From an uncultured bacterium (GTDB lineage Bacteria > JAGOEH01), in NCBI GenBank assembly GCA_964632485.1, contig CAZWDO010000009.1:76850-140849 (forward strand): a stretch of DNA of 64,000 nucleotides. Direction: 5' to 3'. Numbering within the stretch: the first letter of the stretch is position 1; the number at the start of each line of letters is the position of its first letter. Positions 40,145 through 49,134 of this stretch are shown piece after piece. The position numbers were made by a program, and so were the translations under genes. The notes beneath the pieces were generated by a model that did not search any database, was not told the origin of the DNA, and worked only from the letters and a program-made list of their open reading frames with translations.

Positions 40145-41167
40145 ATGAATAGATTAAACTCAAGTGTGCGAATTGTAGCGGAACTTTCCGCTAATCATGC
40201 GGGCCGTTATGAGACTGCATTGGAACTGTTGCGGGCTGCGCATCAAGCTGGCGCTGATGCTGTTAAGCTCCAAACCTACCGTCCCGATACCATCACGTTC
40301 AAGTCGGACAAAGAATGGTTTCGTCTGGCGCCGGGTAATCCCTGGGGAGCTGAAACCCTCTATGAACTGTATGAAAAAGCCTATATGCCATGGGAATGGC
40401 AGCCGCTTTTGAAAGCGGAGGCGGATAATTTGGGAATCGAGTTGTTTTCCACGCCATTTGACGAGAGCGCGGTGGATTTTTTGGAAGCCATGCGCATCCC
40501 TCGTTATAAAGTAGCGTCATTTGAGTTGATCGATTTACCTTTAATCGCCTATATCGCCCATACAGGCAAACCCATGATAATGTCAACCGGTATGGCGACT
40601 TTGGGCGAAATTCGCGCCGCAGTGGAGACGGCTCGTGATAACGGCTGTGGCGATTTGACACTGCTGCATTGCGTCAGCGCTTATCCGGCCTCGCCTGAAG
40701 GATTTCATCTGCGGACCCTGGGCCATTTGGCCGAAACCTTTGGCGTTTCTGTCGGACTTTCGGACCATAGCCTCGGAACCGAAATCAGCATTGCTGCAGT
40801 AGCGTTGGGCGCGACCATGATCGAAAAACATGTAACGCTTGATCGCCGTCTCGGTGGACCCGATGCCCGCTTTTCGCTGGAACCCTCGGAATTGGCAATA
40901 CTGACGCAAGCGGCGCGCACAGTGGAAAAAGCTATGGGCGGTATTCACTATGGACTGAAACCGGGCGAAGAGGAAAACGCGCGATACCGTCCGTCCGTGT
41001 ATGCCGTGCAAGCGATTCGCCGGGGAGATACTTTCACGCGTGAAAATATCGCCACAATTCGTCCCGGGAATGGCTTGCCCCCATTTAGATACCCTGATCT
41101 GCTTGGTCATCAAGCGTCCCGCGATATCGAAGCCGGCGACCCTATTACCGATGAGCTTTTATTGTGA
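40145..41167 (+). CDS. pseI: Pseudaminic acid synthase
   Basis: AELSANH, ADAVKLQTY, PWEWQ, KVASFE, GLSDH, IEKH, C-terminal SAF domain; start 40133 or 40145. Confidence 0.9.
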   Translation: MNRLNSSVRIVAELSANHAGRYETALELLRAAHQAGADAVKLQTYRPDTITFKSDKEWFRLAPGNPWGAETLYELYEKAYMPWEWQPLLKAEADNLGIELFSTPFDESAVDFLEAMRIPRYKVASFELIDLPLIAYIAHTGKPMIMSTGMATLGEIRAAVETARDNGCGDLTLLHCVSAYPASPEGFHLRTLGHLAETFGVSVGLSDHSLGTEISIAAVALGATMIEKHVTLDRRLGGPDARFSLEPSELAILTQAARTVEKAMGGIHYGLKPGEEENARYRPSVYAVQAIRRGDTFTRENIATIRPGNGLPPFRYPDLLGHQASRDIEAGDPITDELLL

Positions 41168-41188
41168 AAAGTAAAAGGAGGCAATATG
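41160..41188 (+). repeat. 29-bp direct repeat, copy 1
   Basis: TATTGTGAAAAGTAAAAGGAGGCAATATG, identical to 42789-42817. Confidence 0.9.
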
Positions 41189-41350
41189 TATCAAAATATA
41201 ATTAAAAAATTCTGAATGAAATCCAATTAAGCTATTGAATACACAGAGGTTATTTATTATAATGCGCTGGAGGCAATTAATGGTAGTTTTACTGAAAATG
41301 GGAAACTGTTAGCTTATCAATAAATCCATAGAGCAAGAAATGGAGTAAAA

Positions 41351-42373
41351 ATGAAAATCGCCTTAGTCGGCTGCGGCCGTATATCGAAAAACCATTTATC
41401 CGCTATTAAGCAGACCGGGGAATTGGAATTGACGGCGGTTTGCGATATTATCGAAGAACGGGCAAAAGCGGCAGGGCAGGAATATGACTGCCCCTGGTTT
41501 ACAAACTATAATGAAATGCTCAATCAGGTTGATTGTGATATAGTTACGTTTGCCACGCCTTCGGGCATGCATGCCCGTCAGGGGATGGAGGCCGCGCGAA
41601 TGAAAAAACATGTTCTTGTGGAAAAACCCATGGCCATCAAGTTAAGCGATGCCGACCAGTTGATTCAGGCTTGCGACGAAGAAGGTGTCAACTTGTTTGT
41701 TGTCAAGCAGAACCGGCTTAATCCCACCATGCAGTTACTAAAAAAAGCCGTGGACAAAGAGCGTTTCGGACGCATTTATATGGTCATTTGCAATGTCTTG
41801 TGGAATCGACCCCAGGACTATTTCGATCAGGCAAAATGGCGCGGCACCTGGGAATTTGATGGTGGCGCCTATATGAATCAGGGAAGTCATTATATCGACG
41901 CCCTGCAATGGTTGTTCGGGCCTGTCGATTACGTGATGGCGACGACTACGACCCTGGCCCGTCGTATAGAAACTGAAGATACCGGCGCGGCGATATTAAA
42001 ATTTAGAAATAGCATTGTCGGGTCAATGAATATCACCATGCTAACCTATCATAAAAACTTTGAAGGTTCGATCACCGTAATCGGTGAAAAAGGTACAGTG
42101 AGAATTGGTGGAATTGCGGTAAACAAAATCGAAAAATGGGAATTTGCCAATTATGACGATGATGATTTATTGATCGATTCAATCAATTATAATCCCCCTA
42201 ACGTGTATGGCCACGGACATTTTATTTATTACCAGAACGTTTTGAAATATCTCAAAGGGGAACATGTCGAAAATGTGGATGGTCGGTCCGGGCGCAAATC
42301 ACTGGAAATCATTCATGCCATCTATCTCTCGGCTAAAAACAACCAAAAAGTAAACCTTCCCCTGCAAATTTGA
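41351..42373 (+). CDS. Gfo/Idh/MocA oxidoreductase, WbpB/WlbA-like sugar-nucleotide 3-dehydrogenase
   Basis: GCGRIS, EKPMA, VVKQNR, WRGTWEFDGGAYMNQGSH, VYGHGH. Confidence 0.85.
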   Translation: MKIALVGCGRISKNHLSAIKQTGELELTAVCDIIEERAKAAGQEYDCPWFTNYNEMLNQVDCDIVTFATPSGMHARQGMEAARMKKHVLVEKPMAIKLSDADQLIQACDEEGVNLFVVKQNRLNPTMQLLKKAVDKERFGRIYMVICNVLWNRPQDYFDQAKWRGTWEFDGGAYMNQGSHYIDALQWLFGPVDYVMATTTTLARRIETEDTGAAILKFRNSIVGSMNITMLTYHKNFEGSITVIGEKGTVRIGGIAVNKIEKWEFANYDDDDLLIDSINYNPPNVYGHGHFIYYQNVLKYLKGEHVENVDGRSGRKSLEIIHAIYLSAKNNQKVNLPLQI

Positions 42374-42508
42374 AGGTAAGATGCGTCATCTCCGCGAATG
42401 GGCCATTAGAGTTAAGGAACCGATCCCTTCGGGACGGCTCATCGGCGCGAAGGGTAATCGCGATCGGGATCAAGAGGTTTTCGGCCCTAACAAAAAGACA
42501 AGATAACC

Positions 42509-42760
42509 ATGGAGAAGTGCATGAGTGATTGTTTATTCGATGCCGAGGAACTGGAAAAAATGGAACAGGGGCGAAGCGTGAATGTATCGAATGCCTCTAA
42601 AAAGAAATTAAGTTATAACCAGCGTATCTTTAACCGATTACTCGCTCGATTCAGGAATGGCAGGAGCGAATTCACAAAGAGACAAAAAAATATGATTGTT
42701 TGCTTGAATACTACTACCAGGAAATGGGTGAATTAAAAACGGAGGTGGCGCGTCATCCAT
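42509..42760 (+). pseudogene. Frameshifted, truncated coiled-coil gene fragment
   Basis: KLSYNQRIFNRL continues plausibly in another frame as TRSIQEWQERIHKETKKYDCLLEYYYQEM; runs into a CGTCATCC motif. Confidence 0.4.
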
Positions 42761-42788
42761 TTTTCCCCCGTGGATTACTTATTAATAA

Positions 42789-42817
42789 TATTGTGAAAAG
42801 TAAAAGGAGGCAATATG
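42789..42817 (+). repeat. 29-bp direct repeat, copy 2 (RBS and ATG of the Rpn-like gene)
   Basis: Identical to 41160-41188. Confidence 0.9.
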
Positions 42818-43846
42818 CAAATCGCCAATCCGATCTATGATGTCGTATTCAAGTATTTGATGAATGATAATCGAATTGCGCGGATGATCATATCGGCGAT
42901 TATTGGGGAAGATATCGAGTATCTGGAGTTCAAATCGACCGAAAGTTCAATGGAATTGGAATATAAATCATTGACAGTATATCGGTTGGATTTTTCAGCC
43001 AGAATCAGAACTCCGGGTGGGGGAAGCAAACAGGTGATCATCGAAATACAGAAGGCAAAGATGCCGACGGACATCATGCGGTTTCGGCGGTATCTGGGAG
43101 AGCAGTATAGCAGCGAGCAGAATCTATATTACGACCATGATGATGAACAAGGCAGGAAAAAAGCGTTGCCGATAATCAGTATTTATTTTTTAGGGCACAA
43201 GTTGGAGCATACGGACTCGCCGCTGATCAAGATTGATCGGAAATATTATGATATGACGACGCAAGAGGAGATCACGGAGAGAGAGGAGTTCATCGAGAGT
43301 TTGACGCATGACAGTTATGTGATTCAGATACCGTATTTGAAGGAGCGAAGGCGGAATGAACTGGAACGGTTGTTGAGCGTATTTGATCAGAGCGCTCGCA
43401 GTGGCGACGATTATCATATACTGAATATCCGGGAAGAGGATTATCCAGTGAAGTACCGGGAGATAATCCGGAAGCTTCAGCGGGCGATCCTGGAGCCGGA
43501 GATACGCAAGGTGATGGATGTGGAAGATGAGATATTGGAAGAATTGCAGAATCAGGAGCGGATCATTGCCTTGAAGGATAAAGCTCTCGAGGAGAAGGAT
43601 AAGATTATCGAGGACAAAGACAAGGTTATTGAGGATAAAGATAAGGTTATTGAGGATAAAGATAAAGCGCTTGAAGAGAAGAACCGGATAATTGAACAGA
43701 CTGGGGAAGCGTTGGAGAAGCAGATCAAGACAATTGCCGAGAAGGAGCGGGAGCTGCAGGAATTCCAAGAAAAGCTGAAAGCAACTATGAAAAATCATGG
43801 ATTATCGGACGAATTGATTGAGCAAATGCTCAAAACTCGGCAATGA
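42815..43846 (+). CDS. Rpn-like PD-(D/E)XK nuclease-family protein with heptad-repeat tail
   Basis: NPIYDVVFKYL, RLDF, IIEIQK motifs; C-terminal KDK(V/A)(I/L)E(D/E) repeats. Confidence 0.8.
   Translation: MQIANPIYDVVFKYLMNDNRIARMIISAIIGEDIEYLEFKSTESSMELEYKSLTVYRLDFSARIRTPGGGSKQVIIEIQKAKMPTDIMRFRRYLGEQYSSEQNLYYDHDDEQGRKKALPIISIYFLGHKLEHTDSPLIKIDRKYYDMTTQEEITEREEFIESLTHDSYVIQIPYLKERRRNELERLLSVFDQSARSGDDYHILNIREEDYPVKYREIIRKLQRAILEPEIRKVMDVEDEILEELQNQERIIALKDKALEEKDKIIEDKDKVIEDKDKVIEDKDKALEEKNRIIEQTGEALEKQIKTIAEKERELQEFQEKLKATMKNHGLSDELIEQMLKTRQ
43574..43699 (+). repeat. In-frame 21-bp tandem repeat, 6 imperfect units
   Basis: Units such as AAAGATAAGGTTATTGAGGAT encoding KDKVIED. Confidence 0.85.
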
Positions 43847-43897
43847 TGTTTTCTTGTACCCTCTTCCGCCGACTTTCCTCCATCACTCAGCCCTTTT

Positions 43898-44142
43898 CGT
43901 CATGCCGGACCCCGATCCGGCATCCCCAGGTCCCCCTCACCGTCATTCCGGACTTGACCCTCAACCCATCTGTTCAGTCATTTCCGAACCCCTTATATTT
44001 TCCCCTTGCCCCCTTGGGTGAGAGGGCAGGGTGAGGTGGATTGTTATCCCCCTTTGTCATCCCTGCGCCCCCCTTTCGTCATTCCTGCGAAAGCAGGAAT
44101 CCAGAGCGCCCCTTTACTCATGCCACACGTGATGTGTCATCT
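43898..44142. repeat. Cluster of CGTC-tagged REP-like palindromes
   Basis: CGTCATGCCGGACCCCGATCCGGCATCC (43898), half CGTCATTCCGGACTTGA (43941), half TGTCATCCCTGCG (44055), CGTCATTCCTGCGAAAGCAGGAATCCAG (44077), degenerate copy at 44117-44142, plus a CCCCTTGCCC..GGGCAGGGTGAGG element at 44002-44036. Confidence 0.8.
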
Positions 44143-44245
44143 ATCTTGATCATTGGCTTCTGGTCTATGCCCGAATAACCGAACTAACATTGATATCGTT
44201 GATATAAAATTTGATTCCCTTAAAATTCCCACAAAGAAGGATAAA

Positions 44246-44956
44246 ATGGAAGCCTTGAAATTGGAAGATGTGGCGATACGAACGGATAGCCTTGAAACCA
44301 TCCTTGGAGAGTTTATTGTCCAAACTGGAAATGCTCTTAAGGAGCTTAAAAGAAGCCAAATGACCCTGCATAAAGAGATGGGAGAATTCAAGGATGAGAT
44401 GAGGGCCTTCAAGGACGAGATGGGAGAGTTCAAGGATGAGATGAAGGAATTTAAACGAACAAGCGAACAGCAGGCAAAGGATTTGAACAAGAAATGGGGC
44501 GAATTAGCAAATCGGCTGGGCACGTTTGCGGAAGATATCGTGGCGCCGAATGTGCCTTATATCGCCGAAAAGTATTTCGGATTGAAGGATTGCGTGGATT
44601 TTGTAACCCGATCGGTCCGTAAAATGCCGGAATCCCGTACATTCGTCCGTGAGTTCGATGCCATGGCGGTTTATGCGGATTGGGTCATATTGAACGAGAC
44701 GAAAGCGACTGTTCGGATGAACTATGTTGAAGATTTTATTCAATTTGTAAAGGAAGAGAAATTTTACGACTATTATCCGGAATATCGGGGGAAAAAGCTG
44801 ATTCCGGTGTTTTCCGCCATGAGCATCCCTGTAAATATCGTAGAATATCTGAGCCGGAACAATATTTTCGCCATGGCCATGTCCGAAGGAACAATGGATT
44901 TACTGAACTATGACGCAGTCAGCTCAGTCTACACTTTTCCGGAAATTAACAATTAA
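44246..44956 (+). CDS. Coiled-coil protein with C-terminal PD-(D/E)XK-like domain (DUF3782-like)
   Basis: EM.EFKD heptads, KWGELANRLGTFAEDIVAP, EFDAM...NETK motif; AAGGA RBS favours ATG 44246. Confidence 0.7.
   Translation: MEALKLEDVAIRTDSLETILGEFIVQTGNALKELKRSQMTLHKEMGEFKDEMRAFKDEMGEFKDEMKEFKRTSEQQAKDLNKKWGELANRLGTFAEDIVAPNVPYIAEKYFGLKDCVDFVTRSVRKMPESRTFVREFDAMAVYADWVILNETKATVRMNYVEDFIQFVKEEKFYDYYPEYRGKKLIPVFSAMSIPVNIVEYLSRNNIFAMAMSEGTMDLLNYDAVSSVYTFPEINN
44375..44458 (+). repeat. In-frame 21-bp tandem repeat, 4 units
   Basis: GAGATGGGAGAATTCAAGGAT-like units encoding EMGEFKD. Confidence 0.85.
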
Positions 44957-45186
44957 CGTATTGAGATTTAATTTATGAATTTTTCAGCTATAGCGCCAAA
45001 TCCAGCATAAAGGAAAGGTGATATAGGCGGAAAAGCGGAATTGAGGAGGGTCGTCGCTGTCTAAGACCGGCGCTCTTCCTCAGAAAAAAGTGAAATATGA
45101 AGAATCGGAGGACCAACAAAAATAATGTACAATTTACAATGTACAATTCATATTGTTTTATATAGAAGCTTGAAGATAAAAAAGGC

Positions 45187-45215
45187 TTGACAAAACATCT
45201 TGAATTGATTATAAT
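45187..45215 (+). promoter_or_regulatory. Consensus sigma70 promoter of the second glycan operon
   Basis: TTGACA-17 nt-TATAAT, perfect consensus. Confidence 0.85.
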
Positions 45216-45241
45216 AATAGCAAATCATGGTAATATAAATT

Positions 45242-45266
45242 ACATTGACCAAGCGACAGCTATATA
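45242..45266 (+). promoter_or_regulatory. Conserved leader element, copy 2 (ops/JUMPstart-like)
   Basis: ACATTGACCAAGCGACAGCTATATA; 24/25 identical to 37516-37540. Confidence 0.6.
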
Positions 45267-45321
45267 CATAAAAAATATTTTGTACGATCTTGGTTGAAAT
45301 AGACAACTAAAGGGAGAAAGT

Positions 45322-46971
45322 TTGCAAAAAATAAAAATCATTAGTTATACACTGAGCGTTATTGGTTTAATAGTTGCAATTGGCTGGATTTTTAAATACC
45401 ACACTCATTACCATTGGTATCATTTAGCCATTTACCATTTAATTGGCGATCGTTATAAGGATGGCGATGGTTTACGAAAATATTATTCTAATGCCGAAGA
45501 AATCTTCACTAATCCATCATTAAAAACTGTCCCTAAATGGTATTTCCGCCCCAATCATTTAGGCAATTTTTGTCTTGCCGGTTTAGTCGCGGATGCCAAC
45601 CGGGATGGTCAAATCTGTACCTATATTGCGGGTGATACCAAAGATATCTATTGCCTAAATGGCAAGACCGGCGAAATTGTCTGGCAATATACCTTGCCAT
45701 TTGGAAAATTTTCCGAACTTTCCTATCTTTTGTTTGACGTTGATCATGATGGAAAAACTGAGTTGTTGGTTGGAACTTGTGGATCAACACTTCCCAACAG
45801 AGTTTACTGCCTCAGCTCGGAAATTAATCCAACGGAACGCGTAATATGGCATGTCAATGTACATGGAGATTTCATTCAGGGTGGATTGACGGCATTCAGA
45901 AACGAAAACGATGAGGCGCGTATTATTGTTTCAACGCGAGATGCGCCCTATTCCAGAGGCACTTTATATGTACTGGATCAACATGGTAAAGATGTTATCA
46001 CTCCTATTTCCGGAGTGGACAATTGCAATTGCCGGCCCGCAATCGCAGATTTGGATCTGGATGGACACTATGAGATGGTAATAGGCAGTCATAGTTATTA
46101 CGGAGCGAAATTTGGCTGGAAGATTACTGCCTTAAGGGTGGAAACCGGCGAAATACTCTGGAGTACGGATGCTGGTTATGACACGGGAGCTATGTCATTT
46201 CCAATTTGTGATTTTACAGGTGATGGTATCTCTGAAGTAATTGGTTACAAGAAGATTTTGGATGCCAAAACTGGACAAATTATTTTTGATTTTGAAAAGA
46301 ATGCTGAATACAACATCAAATGGCTAAACGGTATAGCTTACAAGGATTCGGTTCTCTACCGGCTATATGGTTTTACTGACGATACTTTAAAACATGAAAT
46401 GATAGTCGATTATTCAGACAAAAAGATTATAGCTAAGCTGGATACCTATTCTTATAAGCGTTCGACTCCATTATTGGATATAAACAATGATGGTCAATTG
46501 AATTATATTTCTGCTTATATTGTACGTGATACTCTTCCCAAACTGAATATTTACCTGGTTGATGCGTATGAAGGGAGCCATATTGATAGCATCTCCATTG
46601 AATTTGATGAGAACGCATACGCGAAACTGAGTGAAAGGATACCCTCACAGATAGAGTTCGCCAATATGCAGAAAAATGGTCCAACTAACTGGAAAAGTAA
46701 TGATTATACACTAATTGTCAATACGATAACAGCCCCCATACTTGACACATTGTTTATTAAATATGCAAGCCTGTCGGATGTTGATGGGGATTCTAAATGG
46801 GAATTGCTGGCGACTGTTAACAGCATGTATTTTTGTTTCGATTTGCCATATTCAATCGCTGACCGCTATAAAAGAGATAAACGTTTTGTAATGAACCAAT
46901 TTATCGATAATACGGGATTCGACTACGATTATCCCTACAGGGATAGGAATTTTGTCAGAGAAGCAAATTGA
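45322..46971 (+). CDS. Membrane-anchored FG-GAP/VCBS-repeat beta-propeller protein
   Basis: N-terminal TM; repeated DxD/NxDG..E loops (DVDHDGKTEL, DLDLDGHYEM, DFTGDGISEV, DINNDG, DVDGDSKWEL) and TGEI.W blades; TTG start. Confidence 0.75.
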   Translation: MQKIKIISYTLSVIGLIVAIGWIFKYHTHYHWYHLAIYHLIGDRYKDGDGLRKYYSNAEEIFTNPSLKTVPKWYFRPNHLGNFCLAGLVADANRDGQICTYIAGDTKDIYCLNGKTGEIVWQYTLPFGKFSELSYLLFDVDHDGKTELLVGTCGSTLPNRVYCLSSEINPTERVIWHVNVHGDFIQGGLTAFRNENDEARIIVSTRDAPYSRGTLYVLDQHGKDVITPISGVDNCNCRPAIADLDLDGHYEMVIGSHSYYGAKFGWKITALRVETGEILWSTDAGYDTGAMSFPICDFTGDGISEVIGYKKILDAKTGQIIFDFEKNAEYNIKWLNGIAYKDSVLYRLYGFTDDTLKHEMIVDYSDKKIIAKLDTYSYKRSTPLLDINNDGQLNYISAYIVRDTLPKLNIYLVDAYEGSHIDSISIEFDENAYAKLSERIPSQIEFANMQKNGPTNWKSNDYTLIVNTITAPILDTLFIKYASLSDVDGDSKWELLATVNSMYFCFDLPYSIADRYKRDKRFVMNQFIDNTGFDYDYPYRDRNFVREAN

Positions 46972-47040
46972 AATATAAGTACAATTCTTATAAATGAATA
47001 GAGACTTATAACTGAACTTTTTAGTCAATAAGGAGATATT

Positions 47041-47997
47041 ATGATTACTGGGAAAAAGATTTTTATAACGGGAGGGGCTGGTTTCATCGGTTCGACTTTG
47101 GCCAATCGTTTGAAGGATCAGAATCACATTATTCTGTATGATAATTTAGCGCGGAATACGATTCAGTATACCGGAATTGATCAGTCGCCCAATATAAGCT
47201 TGGTAGAAGGCAATATTCTTGATTATTCCCGGCTCGCGGAAACGATGAAAGGCGCCGATATAGTCGTCCATGCCGCCGCGATTGCCGGTATCGATACTGT
47301 GATTAAAAAGCCGATCTATACTATGGAAGTCAATATGATCGGTACGGCAAACGTGTTGAAGGCGGCTGTTGAAAACCGGGTCTCGTCGCGTGTGATTGAG
47401 TTTTCGACGTCGGAGGTGTTTGGGTCAATGGCCTATCGGGTGAGCGAAGATACCAACGCGGTTTCCGGTTCCGCCGGTGAAGCGCGTTGGGTTTATGCAG
47501 TAAGTAAACTGGCCGGCGAACATCTGGCGCATGCCTATTATAAACAAGAGGGATTGCCAACTGTTACAATTCGTCCTTTCAATGTATACGGTCCAGGCCA
47601 AACCGGAGAAGGCGCCTTGCAGATTTTTATTCGGAAAGCCTTGAAAAATGAGGCAATTACGATTTATGGCGACGGAACTCAAATTCGGGCTTGGTGTTAC
47701 ATTGACGATATGGTGGAAGGATTGATGCTGGCTATGGAAAAGGAAGAGGCAATTGGCCAATCCTTCAATATTGGCAATTCAAAGGCAGTGACAACGATTT
47801 ATGGGTTAGCGGAAACCGTATGTCGAGTATTGAATTCGCAGTCAAATATTCAGTTTGTCGATGCGCTGTCTGCGGATGTGGAATTACGGATTCCTGAAAC
47901 CAGAAAAGCCTGGGATATTTTAGGCTTTAAGGCTAAAATCGGTTTAGAAGAGGGAATTCAAAAAACTGCTGAATGGTATCAAAAGAACATAATATGA
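47041..47997 (+). CDS. NAD-dependent sugar-nucleotide epimerase/dehydratase
   Basis: [29 protein letters not shown]. Confidence 0.9.
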   Translation: MITGKKIFITGGAGFIGSTLANRLKDQNHIILYDNLARNTIQYTGIDQSPNISLVEGNILDYSRLAETMKGADIVVHAAAIAGIDTVIKKPIYTMEVNMIGTANVLKAAVENRVSSRVIEFSTSEVFGSMAYRVSEDTNAVSGSAGEARWVYAVSKLAGEHLAHAYYKQEGLPTVTIRPFNVYGPGQTGEGALQIFIRKALKNEAITIYGDGTQIRAWCYIDDMVEGLMLAMEKEEAIGQSFNIGNSKAVTTIYGLAETVCRVLNSQSNIQFVDALSADVELRIPETRKAWDILGFKAKIGLEEGIQKTAEWYQKNII

Positions 47998-49118
47998 TAA
48001 AGCTGGCATCCCCGGATATTCGGGAAGAAGATATTCAACGAATGGGCGATGTTTTGCGTTCAGGCAATTTGATCCAGGGCGAATATGTGGCCGAGTTTGA
48101 AAAAGCGTTGGCGCTTTATTGCAATAGCCCGCATAGCGCGGTAGTATCGTCCGGTACGGCCGCGTTGCATTTGGGCTTGATGGCTTGCGGAATTCAGCCG
48201 GGGGATTATGTGGTAGTCCCTGCGTTTACATTCCCAGCGACGGCCAATGTTGTTGAATTGATGGGAGCTCATGCCTTATTCTGTGATGTGGATGCGTGTT
48301 CGTATGTCATGACGCCTGAACTTTTAACTCTTTGCTTGCAATCGAACGCTGAAAAGCCGATTAAAGCGGTTATGGTTGTGCACGAGTTCGGTTACCCGGC
48401 CCCGATTAAGTCTATTAGCAAAATATGCAGGGATCATGAGTTGACAATAATAGAAGACGCAGCCTGCGCGCTGGGCACGGTGGCGGATGGTTTTCCCGTC
48501 GGCGCATACAGCGACCTGGCCTGCTTTTCGTTTCACCCCCGCAAATCGATCACTAGCGGTGAGGGTGGAGCAGTGATTTGCATGAATCCGCAAATCATAG
48601 AACGAATCCGACGCTTAAGAAACCATGGCATTGAAAAAAGTCCAGCCGGACTTGATTTTGGCGAAGCCGGACTGAATTATCGGATGACTGAATTTCAGGC
48701 CGCGCTCATACTTGGGCAGCTAGATAGATTGGATTATGAGATTAGGAGAAAAAAGGAGTTGTCTGAGATATATACACAGTTACTTTGTAAAAATGAATGG
48801 ATAACATGTCCGGAAATCCCCGCGGGACATTCACTGCAGAGTTACATGATCGTTTTGGATCGCCGTCTTGACCGCCGGGATATCATCGATAAACTCTATC
48901 AGCATGGGATTGAAACCAATTTAGGCGCCCAGGCCCTACCGGCATTGAGCTATTACCGCCACAAGTATCATTCGGATTCCTGTACCAACGAGTATTCAGC
49001 GGCGTTGAATCTGTATCGACAGGGGTTGGTCTTACCGTTATACGGAAAATTGACGAATTCAGATATCGTGTATATTGCGTCAACTCTTTGTGAAAGTATC
49101 GTTTCCATTATAAACTGA
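47994..49118 (+). CDS. DegT/DnrJ/EryC1/StrS sugar aminotransferase
   Basis: [34 protein letters not shown] coupling gives start 47994. Confidence 0.92.
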   Translation: MIKLASPDIREEDIQRMGDVLRSGNLIQGEYVAEFEKALALYCNSPHSAVVSSGTAALHLGLMACGIQPGDYVVVPAFTFPATANVVELMGAHALFCDVDACSYVMTPELLTLCLQSNAEKPIKAVMVVHEFGYPAPIKSISKICRDHELTIIEDAACALGTVADGFPVGAYSDLACFSFHPRKSITSGEGGAVICMNPQIIERIRRLRNHGIEKSPAGLDFGEAGLNYRMTEFQAALILGQLDRLDYEIRRKKELSEIYTQLLCKNEWITCPEIPAGHSLQSYMIVLDRRLDRRDIIDKLYQHGIETNLGAQALPALSYYRHKYHSDSCTNEYSAALNLYRQGLVLPLYGKLTNSDIVYIASTLCESIVSIIN

Positions 49119-49134
49119 TCCGGAGCCTGAATCC

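Noticed and set aside
42399-42490. GC-rich segment with GGGCC/GGCCC and CCCTTCG/CGAAGGG complementarity, superficially like a pistol ribozyme
   Set aside because: Conserved pistol and hammerhead core nucleotides were not found; the short helices could be chance. An Rfam scan would settle it.
43190-43798. 202-aa antisense ORF and the many other short overlapping ORFs in the track
   Set aside because: Shadow frames of well-supported genes, with no recognisable motifs.
43574-44458. Tandem repeats considered as a CRISPR array or DGR template/variable repeats
   Set aside because: Units are contiguous in-frame coding heptads with no spacers; no cas or reverse transcriptase gene is in the window.
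45123-45148. AATGTACAATTTACAATGTACAATT short repeat upstream of the second promoter
   Set aside because: Could be an operator but is short and AT-rich, with no supporting second site or adjacent regulator.
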